DNA from: Camelus dromedarius
Taxonomy: Eukaryota
Direction of reading: 5' to 3'
DNA: 64,000 nucleotides
Assembly (NCBI RefSeq): GCF_036321535.1
Contig: NC_087437.1
Coordinates: 2,604,001 to 2,668,000, forward strand
Shown: piece by piece, positions 40,181-52,134 of the stretch
How the letters are laid out: the number at the start of each line of letters is the position of its first letter
Position numbering within the stretch: the stretch's first letter is position 1
Translations under genes and position numbers: made by a program
The notes under the pieces: model-generated
What the model saw: the letters and a program-made list of their open reading frames with translations, nothing else
Told to the model about the DNA's origin: nothing
Databases searched by the model: none

Positions 40181-40699
40181 CCTGGATGGACGTGCCTCAC
40201 CTGAGCTGCCTGCTCTTCATGGCCAGGGCAGGGGTCAGGTGAGCCTGAGACAGGCCTGGGTCTTCAGTGGTCGTGTTGTGGGAGGGACCATGGGCATTTC
40301 CTCCAGAGAAAGCAAGGGAAGGAGCAGAGGGGCAGGACCCTGGGCTCTCCTGGGGCAGCCTGAGAGGCCACCTCCCCTCCCCTCAGTCATGGCCCTGTCG
40401 TTGGTGTCTCGGAGAAAGGCAGCGGCCAGGGTTCCGGCTTCTCCAGGGGCCGCAGGGAGGGCCCTGGAGTGGGAGCGCCCCCAGCCCTCTGATGGTGCCC
40501 ATGACAGTGACCAGCACTTGGCTCTCTTGTGTGACACCAGGTCCTGTCCTGGCCACTTGACAGTTGTCACTGGACACAGAGGCCACCTCCAGGACCCTGG
40601 ACCCAGTGAGACATTCCTATGGGGAAACCACAGAGATGTTCACAGGAGCAGCCACACGAGGACAGCCACCCCATGGAGGGGCATCTGATGGTACCGGCT

Positions 40700-41240
40700 G
40701 GCGGCTCCCACTGCACTGGCTGCAAGAGGCCTGCAGGTGTGACCTGGAGACGCCACCAGTGTGCTCAGCTCAGGGGCTGCTGGACCCACCTGCATACCCT
40801 CAGCTCCTCCAGCCACAACGCCCCGGAACGAGGGTGCTGCCCCAGCCTGTGGTGCCTGGAGCCCAGGAAGGAACCCCACCGGGGTGCAGGCACAATTAAT
40901 TAAATTACTGGCCACTGCTGATTCGTAAACAACCTCCAGCCCCTCTCCCCTCCCTGAGGTGAGGGCTGGGGCTGAAAGGAAGGTCTGACCTCTAATCCGG
41001 TGGTTGTTCCCTCTGGTGACCAGCCCTGTCCTCCCTCCCTGAGTCATTAGCATAAGCCCAGGTGTGGATGAAAGGGCTGGTCGTGAAGAACAAAAGGTGC
41101 TCCTCTCACCCCACCATGCAGGGAATTCCACGGCTTTCAGAAGCTGTGTGCCAGGACCAAATGTCCCAGGTGTCACCCCCAGCCCAGCTCTCCATGCTGT
41201 GGTGGTCGCCTTCCTACCTCACCCCCACCCCCAGTGACAC
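40700..41240. mobile_element. MER21-like LTR fragment
   Basis: aacctccagcccctctcccctccctgaggtgagggctggggctgaaag...cctctaatcc...gtgaccagccc...tcattagcataag resembles the recalled MER21 consensus. Confidence 0.65.
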
Positions 41241-41339
41241 AGGGCGTGTGTGATTAGCTCCCAGCTAACTGCTAGTGCCATGCACTCCCAGCCGGCGTGC
41301 AGACTAGGACAGCAGATACCTGAACTGTCTCTAGTGAAG

Positions 41340-41655
41340 TATTCAACAGCTTTACTGACATGTAATTGACATACAGTAAGCTGCGGATAAAGTGTACAGT
41401 TCGATGCAGGTGACATGTGTGTGCACCTGGGAATCCATCACCACCATCAACATGGTGAACAAATAAACCACCGTGTGATTCGCAGAAGGGTCCTGGGCCC
41501 CTTTGTCATCGTCCTTCCTGGAACCCCCCCCCCCCCCAGCGACTTGTCAACTCTCTGTTGCACAGGTTACTCTGCACCTCCTGGGATTTTGCATTCATGG
41601 AGTCATAGTGTGTAACTTCTGTCTGGCTTCTTTCACTCAGCACAATATTTTGATA
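41340..41655 (-). mobile_element. Old L1 3'UTR fragment
   Basis: acagctttactgacatgtaattgacatacagtaagctg...tgtctggcttctttcactcagcacaat. Confidence 0.7.
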
Positions 41656-41739
41656 CTGACTGCGTTTAGTGGCGAGCTGCCCCCTCTCCACTCTACTGGC
41701 CCTCGGTGTGAATCCCTTAGCCCTGAATTTGTTGGATGT

Positions 41740-41980
41740 CCTAGCTGATTCCTGTGGAAAAACAGAACCTGAGATGAGGGCCGAGTCCAGGTACTTTATG
41801 GGAACTGTGATCCAGGGTCGGGAGGGGAGCAGGGAAGGACGGAGGACGATGACAAGATGTGAGCTGAGCAGCTCGTGTGGCTGCTGGGCACTCAACCCTC
41901 TTTCTAAGTCGGAGTCTGCTCCTGACCATCAGGCCTTACTATTCCAAGGACAGGGAGGGGCCTCACATTCACTGGGACCC
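41740..41980. mobile_element. LTR16-like fragment
   Basis: aaacagaacctgagatgagggccgagtccaggtactttatgggaactgtgatccagg resembles the recalled LTR16 motif. Confidence 0.5.
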
Positions 41981-42187
41981 CCTTTCAGTCCCTCGATAGA
42001 TCTGTATCATTTGGATCCAGTTGTAGGCATGTCTTAGTAAATTCACTCACCGCTAGGCAGTTTATGATTTTGTCACCATTGGGAAGGCATTTTATCCATC
42101 ATATTAAAATCAATTATTGTTGACTTATAAGAAAACTATTGGTGTGTTTTTAAGTTGACCTCATCTCAAATCCGCATTCTCAATTTT

Positions 42188-42335
42188 AAAAAAGTTTTTT
42201 AAATTATTTTTTATATTTTGTGGGAGACATAATTAGGTTTACTTATTTATTTATTTTTTAGAGGTGGTACTGGGGGTTGAACCCAGGACCTTGTGGATGC
42301 TAAGCATACTGCTTGAGCTATACCCTCCCTCCTCC
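42188..42335 (-). mobile_element. tRNA-derived SINE (Vic-1-like)
   Basis: 13-bp TSD cattctcaatttt at 42175-42187 and 42336-42348. Minus-strand head gggagggtatagctcaagc...ggtcctgggttcaacccccagtacc. Confidence 0.88.
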
Positions 42336-43059
42336 CATTCTCAATTTTTATTTATTCTAACATCTGTCTCTGTTGAGACTGATTTCTCTTGGAATTACTA
42401 AATGAACAATGCTGTCATCTGCAAATACTCAATTCCCATGTTTATTCTTAATTTCTTTCCAGTGTGTAAATATCAAGAATAATCAAGGGTTTCTTCTTAT
42501 CAAATGATTACCATTTGAAAATGATTTTTAAAGGGATGTGCAAGATTTTACAATGAATTTGGGGTGTCTGAGAGGTAGCGTGTAACAAGGAAGCCTGTTC
42601 TGCCCCATATCACGAGAGGCTTTATCATCAGCTATGGAATGTTATTAAACATCTGGAGTTTGATTCACATAGTCACATGGCTTTTGCCTTTTGGCCTGTT
42701 GAAGTGGAGACTTATAGTAATAGGTGTGCTGACGTGGACCCATCTTATAGTCCTGAAGCAGGCTAGTGTTCAGTGAGTGCACAGATGACCCCACTTGGTA
42801 GGGCTCTGTTTTGATGAGGGAGACGAATCCTCAGAGTGTGTGTCTGTGCACACGTGCACTGTCTTTGCCACTGATTCCAGCTCCTCTCAAGGCCTGACAC
42901 ATCGCTCCATGTACTTCTTGATGGGAGTTGTGCCAATCCTCTTGAATTATATTTGGGACATGGGGCTTTTAAGCCAGGTGGCCTCACCCAACCGCGTGGG
43001 TTTTGCTCCCTCTCATCTGAGCTGGGACTTGGTGGCAGAGGGAGACTTAGAAGATTAGG

Positions 43060-46000
43060 CAACTTTGCTGGAAATCAACTAACCGTACACACATGAATCT
43101 ATTTCTTGATTCTCTATTTTATTCTATTGTTCTGAATGTCTATCCTTTTGCCAACACTGCACTGTTTTGATTACTGAGCTTTATAACAAATTATTGAAAT
43201 CAGGCAGAGTATGTTTTCCAACCCTTTTGACATTGTGTTGACTATCCTTGATCCTTTGCATTTTAATATAAATTCTACAAGCAACTTGCTGTTATTACCC
43301 ACAAAACCAGCTGGAATTTAGCCTGGGATTGTGTTCCACCTACAGGTCCACTTAGAGAGAACTGATATCTTAACAATATTCAGTCTTCTGATCCAAACAC
43401 GTGATATAATTATCTTTTTATTTGGAACTCCTTTACTACCTTGCCATGATGTTTTATAGCTTTAGCATACAAATCTTGTGTGTACTTTATTAACTTTATC
43501 CCTAGGTGGTTCATGATTTTATGCTATTGTATCTGTATTGTTCTCAAATTTAATTTGCAATACTTCAGTGCTAGAATATAGAAATGCAATCAAATTTTGT
43601 ATTGTCCTTACATCCTGCAGCCTTGCTAAACTCACTTACTACCCCTGATAGCTTATATGTAGATTCCCAAGATTTTCTATATAAGATCTATCTCATGTCT
43701 GAATAGGCACTTTTATTTCTTCCTTTCCAATCTGTACACCCTTTCTTTCTCTTGACTAAGGCTCTTGTCTCAGATCTCCAGGACAACACTGAACAGAAAT
43801 GATGGGAGTAGCACCTTCTGGTCCCTTGTCTTAGGGACAAAGCATTCAGTTTTTTAACATGAAGTATCATGTTATCCCTAAACTTTTGGCGAATGCCCCT
43901 TGTCAGAATGAGGAAGTTCCCTTCTGTTCCCTGTTTGCTGAAATTTTTAGAATGAACAGGTGTTTAATTCTGTCACATTCATTTTCTGAATTTAGGGAAA
44001 AGATCCTATGCTTTTTCCCCATTATTGTATTTCTACAGTGAATCCCATTGGTTTTTAAATGTTAGGCCAACCTCACATTACTGGAATAAATCCTATACGG
44101 CCATGATGTACAATCCTTTTTATATCTTACTGGGTTTTATTTGCTAACTTGTTGTTAAGTATTTTTGCATACGCATTCAAGAAGGATATTGACCTGTAAG
44201 TTTTCTTTTCTTGTAATGTCTTTGTCTGATACCAGGGTCATACAGGCCTCATGAAATGAATTGAGAAGTGTTCCCTCCTCTGTTTTATGAAAAAGCTTGT
44301 GTAGACTTGCAATTATTTCTTCAGTAAATGTAACATTTACTAGTGAAGCTATCTGGGCTAGGGGTTCTCTTTCTAAGAAGATTTTTAGTTATGAATTCGA
44401 TTTCTTCTATAGATATAGAGCTGTTTGGATCTCTAAAATTTCTTTTGTATCAGTGTGAATAATCTGTGTCTTTCAAGGAATTTGCACACTTTGTCTAAGC
44501 TATAGAATATATTACCTAAAGTGAAATTTTTTGTAATATTCCTTTATTGTCTTTTGAAATCCTGCAAGATCTGTAGTAATGTTCATCCTTTTATTCTTGA
44601 TATTGGCAATTCTGTCAGCACTCTTTTTTCTTGATCAGTTTGGCTGGAATTTCTAAAAAACAAAAACTGGCTATTTTGTTTCAAACATTGTCTCTGTCGT
44701 TTGTCCATTTCCTACTCATTGTTTCTGTCCTGATCTGTAGCATTTCCTTTCTTCTACTTCATGTTTAATTGTCTCTTTTTTCCCTCCTAGTTTTGTGAGA
44801 TGAAATCTGAGGTCATCTTTCTGAAATCTTTCTTCTTTCCTAATATGAACATTTAGAAATATAAGCGCATTTCCCACTAAGCACTGCTAAGCTTCTTCCA
44901 CAAAATTTGATATGCTGTTTTCATTTTCAGTTAATTAAGAATAATGTTTTATTTCTGTGAGATTCCTCTTTGACTTGTGGTTTATTCAGAAATAAGTTCT
45001 TTAAAATTTTCAAATAGTTTGGAACTTCGCAGATAGCCATTTTTGACTTCTTGTTCTGTTATGCCCTGACAGCATACTGTATATACATTATATTCTTTTG
45101 AATTTGTTAAGGTATATTTTATGGGCAGAATATGCCCTATCTTTAGGAATGTCCATGTGCGTTTGAGAAGAATATCTTCTTCTTCTGGAGAATTATTGCT
45201 GGCTGGAGTGTTCTATAACTATCAGTGAAGTATAGGTAGTTTACAGCTTTGTGCTTGGCTTCTGTGCCCTGAAGGATTCTCCTGTCTGCTTGTTCTAACA
45301 GTTACTGGCAGTAGAGAGCTGGTAGCTTTAAGTTGGGAGCCTGTCTATTAGTCCTACCAGCCCTATCAGTTTTGCTTCATGCATCTGGAAGCATGATGTT
45401 TAGGTACATGCCCACCTGTGACTGTGCTGTCCTCCTAGAGAACGGATTCCTTCACCATTACTTAATGTCCCACTTCATCTGCGAAGATATTCCTTCTTCC
45501 AAAGTCTGCTGATATCAAGATAGCTGCTCTGACTTTCTTTGGGCTGGTGATTGAATGGTGTATTTTTTTTCCCCTTATACTGTAAACCTACCTATATTCA
45601 ACATGGATTTCTTGTAGACATAATATGTTGTTTTAAAAAATCCAATCTAACCATCTCTACCTTTTAACTGGTGTGTTTAGACCATTCATGTTTAACGTGA
45701 TTGTTCATGATTGTATTAAAATTAAAATTTTGCTAGATGCCTTCTATTTGTTTCATCTGATTTTGTTTCTTTGTTTTTACTCTTTTACTCTTTTTCTGCC
45801 TCCTTTTGGTGAATTTACTACTTTTTATCATTCTGTTTTATGTGTTCTTGATTTATTACTTTTACCTCTTTAAAAAAAATTTTAGTGGTTGCCTTAGGAT
45901 TTACAATATAAATCTTACATTAACCAGAATTTACCTTCAAAGAGCATTAGGCCACTTCATGTGCAGCTTAAGGGCCTTACAGTGATGCCTTTCCAACTTC

Positions 46001-47000
46001 TCCCTCCCGTCCTTCATGATGTTATCACCATACATCCTACTTTTATGTTTACTGTCAACACGATACAATGCTACTGCTTTCCCTCCAGATAGCAGCTATA
46101 GTTTACAGCAATTAAAAACAACGGGGGGGAAAAGTTTATCTTATCTTCATTTCTTGCATTTTTGGAACTCCTCATTTTTTGGTGAAGATCCAGTTGGCAG
46201 ACTGATGTCATATTCTTTCTGATTGATGAACATCATGTATCATTTCTCGTAGAGTAGGAACGCCAGCAATAAATTTCTGTAGTTCTTGTTTGTCTGAGAT
46301 GGTCTTTTTTAATCCTTAATTTTTAAAAGATATTTTCACTGGTGCAGAAATCTGAACTAACATTTCTTTTCTTTGAGGCTTATAAAGATATCACTTCCCT
46401 GCCATCTGGCTTGCATGGTTTCTGAAGAGATTCTGCTGTAATTCATCTTTATTTCTCTGCATGTGATGTATCTATTTTCTTCTCTAGTTGCCTTGGAGAT
46501 TTTTTCTATGTCTATTTTCTCAGAAGCTTGACTGTGTCATGTGTAGAGGTGTTTTGTTTTGTTTGTTTAACTTTAGGAAGGCTCTGATGCATGTGCTCTG
46601 TCCTTTGATCTGTGGTTTGATGACTGTCATCAATCTTGGGAAATATTCAGCCATTTTTCTTCAGATATTTCCTCTAATCCTCTCTCTGTCCTTTTCTTTC
46701 TTTCTTTCTTTTTCTTTTCTGTCTCTTTACTTTCTGTGACTTCAATTATATGGACATCGGATTGTTCGATATTGTCCCACAACTCTTGTATGAACAGCCC
46801 TACTCTTTTCATTCTTTTTTCTCTTTGTGTTACAATTTAGATCATTTCTGTAGAGCTACATTCAGATTCACTGACTCCTTCCTTGGCTGAGTTGACTTTA
46901 CTGACAAGCCTGTCATAACCACCCTCCAGCTGTTTACTGCGCTTTCCCTTCTCCGCATCACCCGTTTTATTCTGTCTTGCTGTTTCCATCTCTTTCAAGA
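43060..47000 (-). mobile_element. Large old L1 (ORF1 + ORF2 remnants), antisense
   Basis: Continuous T-rich antisense L1. ORF1 remnant LWDNIEQSDVHIIEVTES...EEISEEKWLNIS (46630-46812). ORF2 remnant KLNALSLRQGTR (43688-43870). Confidence 0.88.
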
Positions 47001-47589
47001 CAGTACATTACTTTAAGCAAACAATTAAAAACAACCTAAATCTCATTAATGGTGGGATCACTAAGGATGCTATTTTCATGGAATGTGTGTAATCATTTAC
47101 ATAAAGGCACATATTCCGTGACATGGAAGGAGCTGCAACACATACTGTATTAATAAAGCAAGTTTTAGAACCACGAGCATTGTCTCGTGTATGTTTTGAA
47201 ATTTTGCAAAACAACTTTCTACATTGCTAGGGTAACAGATATCTATAAAATGCATTTTTATAACAGTGGAAGGATAGTGATAGGGAATAACTTGGCAGGA
47301 GATGGAGATTCAGAGGCAGGTTGGGGGATGTTAGCTTTATTAGTAACATTTGGTTTTTTTACAATGAGCTGTAATCACATTAGGTGTATGTCTTTAGCCC
47401 GCTGTGGCTCTGATTGGGGGTGATGGTGGGAGGAGGAAGAATGCTCAGACAAGAGGTGGCCAGGAAGGAGGTTGAAAGTTGTGTCCAGTACAAGCTGGTC
47501 CCACCCTGCAGCTTCCATCCTGGGGCCTTGGTGTCACTGGTGAGAAGGAGCACTTTGAAATGCCTGCCTCAGCTGAAATATACCCGCCT

Positions 47590-47860
47590 TTCCTCTTTCT
47601 TTCCTTCCTTCCTTCATTCTGTCCAGTGATGCACAAAGCAAAGACGCTATCCCTCGGGGAACTGAATTCTACTGGAGGGAAGTGGGAAGGCCACAGGCAA
47701 ATAATGAACAAGTGAGCAAAGAAAGGAAAAAGAATCTTAGTGATAAGTGCTCTGCAGAAAAGTAAAGGAGCCTAAGGTGGGACCGAGTGCTGGTGGGCAG
47801 TGGGGCTGGCTCTGAGGACCCGGCAGTCACGCTGAGGTCTGCAGACCCTGACGGGTGGGG
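47590..47860 (+). mobile_element. L2 fragment
   Basis: cagtgatgcacaaagcaaagacgctatccctcggggaactgaattctactggaggg...gtgataagtgctctg...tctgaggacccggcagtcacgctgaggtctg. Confidence 0.55.
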
Positions 47861-50800
47861 CGGGGAGTGGGGGACAAGGGCCACACTCCTTGCTGAGTGG
47901 GGTCAGGACCTGACTCAGGCTGGAAATGTTCTAGTGCCGATCCTGAATGTGGACAGACCCAGGCTGTGTGTGTGCCTGTGTGGTGTTGGTGGCGTATACA
48001 CAGTTGGGGGCTGGTTTGCATGGAGCCATTGCCCCAGTTCACCTGGGGGGTAGGGGACACGCAGGAGTGGAGTTGGGGTGACACAAGGCAGCTTCACCGT
48101 GGCCACACCGAAGGGAAGGGGCTGAGGGTGTGCTGTTGGTGCTGGAAGTTTGTCAGGCAGGCAGGAATTGGGCTTAGGAGAATCGCCTGGACCCCTTCCT
48201 CTCATCCGTGTGTGTTGGCAACACGCGTTTCCTTTATCAATGAGCCTTCATGGGGACAGGGCAGTCCTCAAGAAATGGAAAGGTCCAAGTCATTAGATGA
48301 TGTATCTGAGCATTCAGGGCCCCCTCCACCCCGCGACTCAGCATGAGTGGAGGCACTTCTGTGCAGCAGTGAGATGAGGAAATGGCAGCCCCCAGACCAA
48401 TATAAACACCACTTGTGACCCTTAGACAATCACCGCTAACAGCGGGCTTGTCACCTCCTTGCGTTTGAGTTTCCTATCACACGCTACATGGCCCGAGTGG
48501 CATGGGGCATGTCTTTTCCACACAAACATTTCTTCATCTGAGTTGATTTTTCACAGGGACATAAGATCATTGCATGTAGGTCTGATTCACTTGCTGTTCC
48601 CCAGTTCTGCTGACAGACAGATCCCCTCCTAACGACACCTGGCTTCATCAGCGGCCCTGCCCCCGTGCCCAGTGCCCGGCTGGTCAGAGGCCGAGGTCCA
48701 GGTGAGGCTGGTGGGAAGGGCTGAGCTCCACCGGCTGCAAAAGGCAGTGGCAATTCTCGCCTTTCATCTGGCAGGTAATCCCCGATCATCTATCAGAGGC
48801 AGGAATCACCCCCAAGCTGAAGCCGCAAACACAAAAAAGATAAAACACTCCCCAGTGTCCCACCTGAGCACCAGGTGAGGGTGGCTGTGAGGGCAGTGAG
48901 CATGAAGACCTGTCATTCGTGTTGTGACAAGTGTGCAGGGAGAATAAACTGGGGTGATGGAGGAAGTGGGCGGGGGCAGAGGCCACCAGAGGCCAGCACG
49001 TGGGGCCAGGGATGTGCCCATCCCTTGGTGGTCACTCAACTGTGTCTCAGACACAGCGGGCCCTGTAATTAGGGCCTGGGGACTGAATTGGGGACCTGGT
49101 GTGGAACTAGATATGCTTTTGGGACACACTTTGGGCTTTTCACAGCCTGCTCTGCCTACCACATAACTCTTCCTCCTTCCCGGATGAAAAGTCCCTTTTG
49201 TAGCACAGCGAGCTGGGTGGTGTCTCTTTGGACACAGGGAGAAGTGACAGCCTGGACAGAGGTCAGACGCCCTGCCCTTTCCTCACCCCTGGCCTTGCCC
49301 TGTGTGTCTGGCCCCTTGTGCACTCACTCCACTCCCTGCACAAACCCACAGACCACCCCCTCCCCAGGACACACCCACGGAGCAGGCAGGCCCCAGGCTT
49401 CAGCAGATCCACTGTAGTTTTGGAAAACTTTGTGTTCATTTAAAACAAAACAAAACAAAATAAAATGCAGTGTGGGCGGAGCCTGTTTCCTGCTGTGGGT
49501 GGGTGTCTGTCAAGCAACCTGGGCTCACAGGTCCCTGCTGGATGGGTGTCCAGGAGACCCCAGCCCTGCGTATCACCAGGACAAGCTGGGATGAGCACAG
49601 CACTTCTCTGTCATTTGTCATTTCTCCCTGTGGAAGGAGCTGTGAGACCCTCAGCAGTGGAGAGAGATGACAAGGAGCACAAGGAACAGAGGAGAAAGAG
49701 GCCAGATGGAGCTCAGGCTGGCTCCGCACCGTCCCTCTAAGCTCCGCTCACCCCACAAACGCACCAAGTGTCCCAGACCACCTCGAGCTCAGGTGGGCCC
49801 TCTCCCCAGGCCTGCTTCCCAACTCCAGCCCCCCCACCAGGCTCTTTACTCCTGGGCGCCCCCACATTGTCCCCCTCCCACCCCCTCTGAGCCCCACTGA
49901 GGAGCCTGTAAGGCCTCAGCACCCCCAACCTCGCACAGTCCTCCCCAACCTGGGGTCTCTGTGGAGGAGGGCGGGGCAGGAAGACACACTGCCCAGTGTT
50001 GCTTGGTGATGTCTGGGGTCTTATTTTCCTTTGTGCATGTCTACAGTTTGTATTTTTCTAGTGTGATCGCATATTACTTGTGTATATAAAGGAATAAATA
50101 AAAATCTTATTAAAGAAAAAGATGTGAAAGCCACAGGAACTGCGGAGACACAGAGATCGGTGGAAAAAAATGAACACAAAATATATATTTTCACAGCTAC
50201 TAGTTCAGCCATCACATGTGTTTCACAGTAAAAAGTCTTATTTTTGTATTTGGTGGTGGTGTAGCAGTTTTCATTACACAGGATGCCCCTTGAAGCTGGG
50301 CCTCCCCACAAAGCCCACAAAGGTGGGTTCACCCCTGCTTGGGGAGCTTCCAACCTGAGAGGGAGGAGAGGTGGTAAACCCCGATCCCACGGTGGGCAGG
50401 GACCCAGCACTGCCTGCCTGCTCCAGCCTCTCCTTCCTGGACCTGCAGTCGGATGGGCCTGGAGGGCAGGTGACATGGAAGAGGTCAGAGACCTTGCCCT
50501 TCACCTTCCTCCCCTGGAGCAGGGCTGCAGCCCCTGGAGAGATGGACAGATGGACAGATGGGCCGTGAGCCACAGGAAGGGACACCATCAGGACCCAGGA
50601 CATGCCGAGGCCCAGGGAGGCAGTGGTAGAGAATAGGTGGGTATGCAGTGTGCGAGGAGGGCTTGGGCGTGAAGTCAGGGAAGCTGCAGGGAAGACCCAG
50701 CAGGATGCCTCTGGGGTGGGCAGGAGGGAGGTGTGGAGAGGCCTAGAGTCTGGGTAGGCAGGAGTCTACACTGCAGATGCTGCTTGGCAGGGGGTCCAGG

Positions 50801-51981
50801 CAGGAGATGGACCCGGATTAGGAAGGGGCAATGGGGAAGGAGAAGAGTGAATCCAGAGGGTTTAGCAGAGTTCCTAGCCACGGGCCATGGCACCCAGGCT
50901 CATTTTCTGTCAGCTCTAGGGCACCAGGTCCAGGGAAATGTGAGTTTCCTTTGAGAGGTTGGATGTGAGGGGCTCTGCTGGCCTGCAGAGGCCTGCTGGG
51001 TGGTCTGAGCACAGGACCCATTGGGCAGCTGCCTGGAGGAAGGAGCTGGAGGCCTTTGGTCAGGCAGGGGTCGTGGAGCACTGGCCTGAGGAAATGGAAA
51101 AGGCCAGACACAGCTTGGAGCTCAGGGGGCCTGGAAAGTCCTGGGAAGGGCAGCTGGGCCTCCAGCAGGGAGAGCGGCCTCCTGGGCCTGGTTTTGGGGG
51201 CAGGAGAACGCCACCAGAACCTTCGTGGGGTTCAGGCCCATCTGCCAGGAGCGTTTCAGGCAAGGATGCTCCGTGGGGAGTGGGGCTTGGAGCCCCAGCC
51301 CGTGGAGGCAGCGAGGCCGGATGAGCTGCCACGACGCCACCGCAGCGCCCACGAGGCTGGGCAGGAGGAGCCCAGCTTCCTTCTCCTCCTTGATCCGCTG
51401 TCCTCTGTTGAGCAACGTCTTTGTTCAAATTGCCCACCTTCCCACTGACCCCACGGAACTCAGGACCTGAGGACGAATCTCCTCGTAGGAGTCACCTTCC
51501 TGAATAAAGGGCGAGCTGGACACACTGCGTATTCCCGGACCTTGCCCGGGTTTGCAGCCCTGAACAGCACTTGCAGGGGCAGGGGGCAGCTCCTCCCGGG
51601 GTAGGGGTAGCTCATGCTGCCTGGGGACTGGGGGTGGGGGGAGAAACACTAGCTGCAGCACAGGGGTGCTAGGACCTGGTTCGCACCCCGCTCTGCTCGG
51701 CGTTTCCTCGGCGCCACAAGCAGCTGCACCGCGCGCCCTGCTCAACCCGGCCGCGGGTCTCGAGTCCCACCCTGCCCTCTGACCCGCCCCCTTCCCGCCC
51801 ACTGCCCTGGCCGGTCCCCGCTCCCCGCTCGCCCTGGGCAGTCCTCTCGCCCCCGGCCCACCGCCGCACCCCCTGACCAGCCCCGCCCGCAGCCCGGTCC
51901 CCGCGGCAGCCAGAGCGCGACTGGCTGAGCGGGCGCCCCGCGGCCGAGGGCGCAGCGCCCCGCAGCCCCGGCCCGCCAAGC

Positions 51982-51992
51982 GTGGCGCCGAG
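51982..51992 (+). pseudogene. COL18A1: COL18A1 short-isoform exon 1 coding end, with ATG changed to GTG
   Basis: aagcGTG GCG CCG AG|gtgcgg matches the 11-nt coding part of COL18A1 exon 1 (MAPR) followed by a GT donor. Kozak-like A at -3 and G at +4. The 5' end of the exon is not defined. Confidence 0.7.
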
Positions 51993-52067
51993 GTGCGGGC
52001 CGTGCAGGCTGCAAGCGGGCGGGGAAGGGGGCGCGAGCGGCGCCCTAACCTGTGGCTTGTGCCACAG

Positions 52068-52134
52068 CGCCTCGTGGACTTGCTTGCCACCCTGGTCCTG
52101 CTTCTCGGAGTCAACGCAGCGTCCGCGGAGCCAG
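52068..52134 (+). pseudogene. COL18A1: COL18A1 exon 2 homolog (signal peptide), frameshifted after splicing
   Basis: Encodes RLVDLLATLVLLLGVNAASAEP-G, versus recalled human [23 protein letters not shown]. Branch point ctaac at 52044, acceptor cag at 52065-52067, donor CAG|gtaagg. Its 67 nt is 3n+1, whereas 3n+2 is needed to keep the COL18A1 frame. Confidence 0.82.
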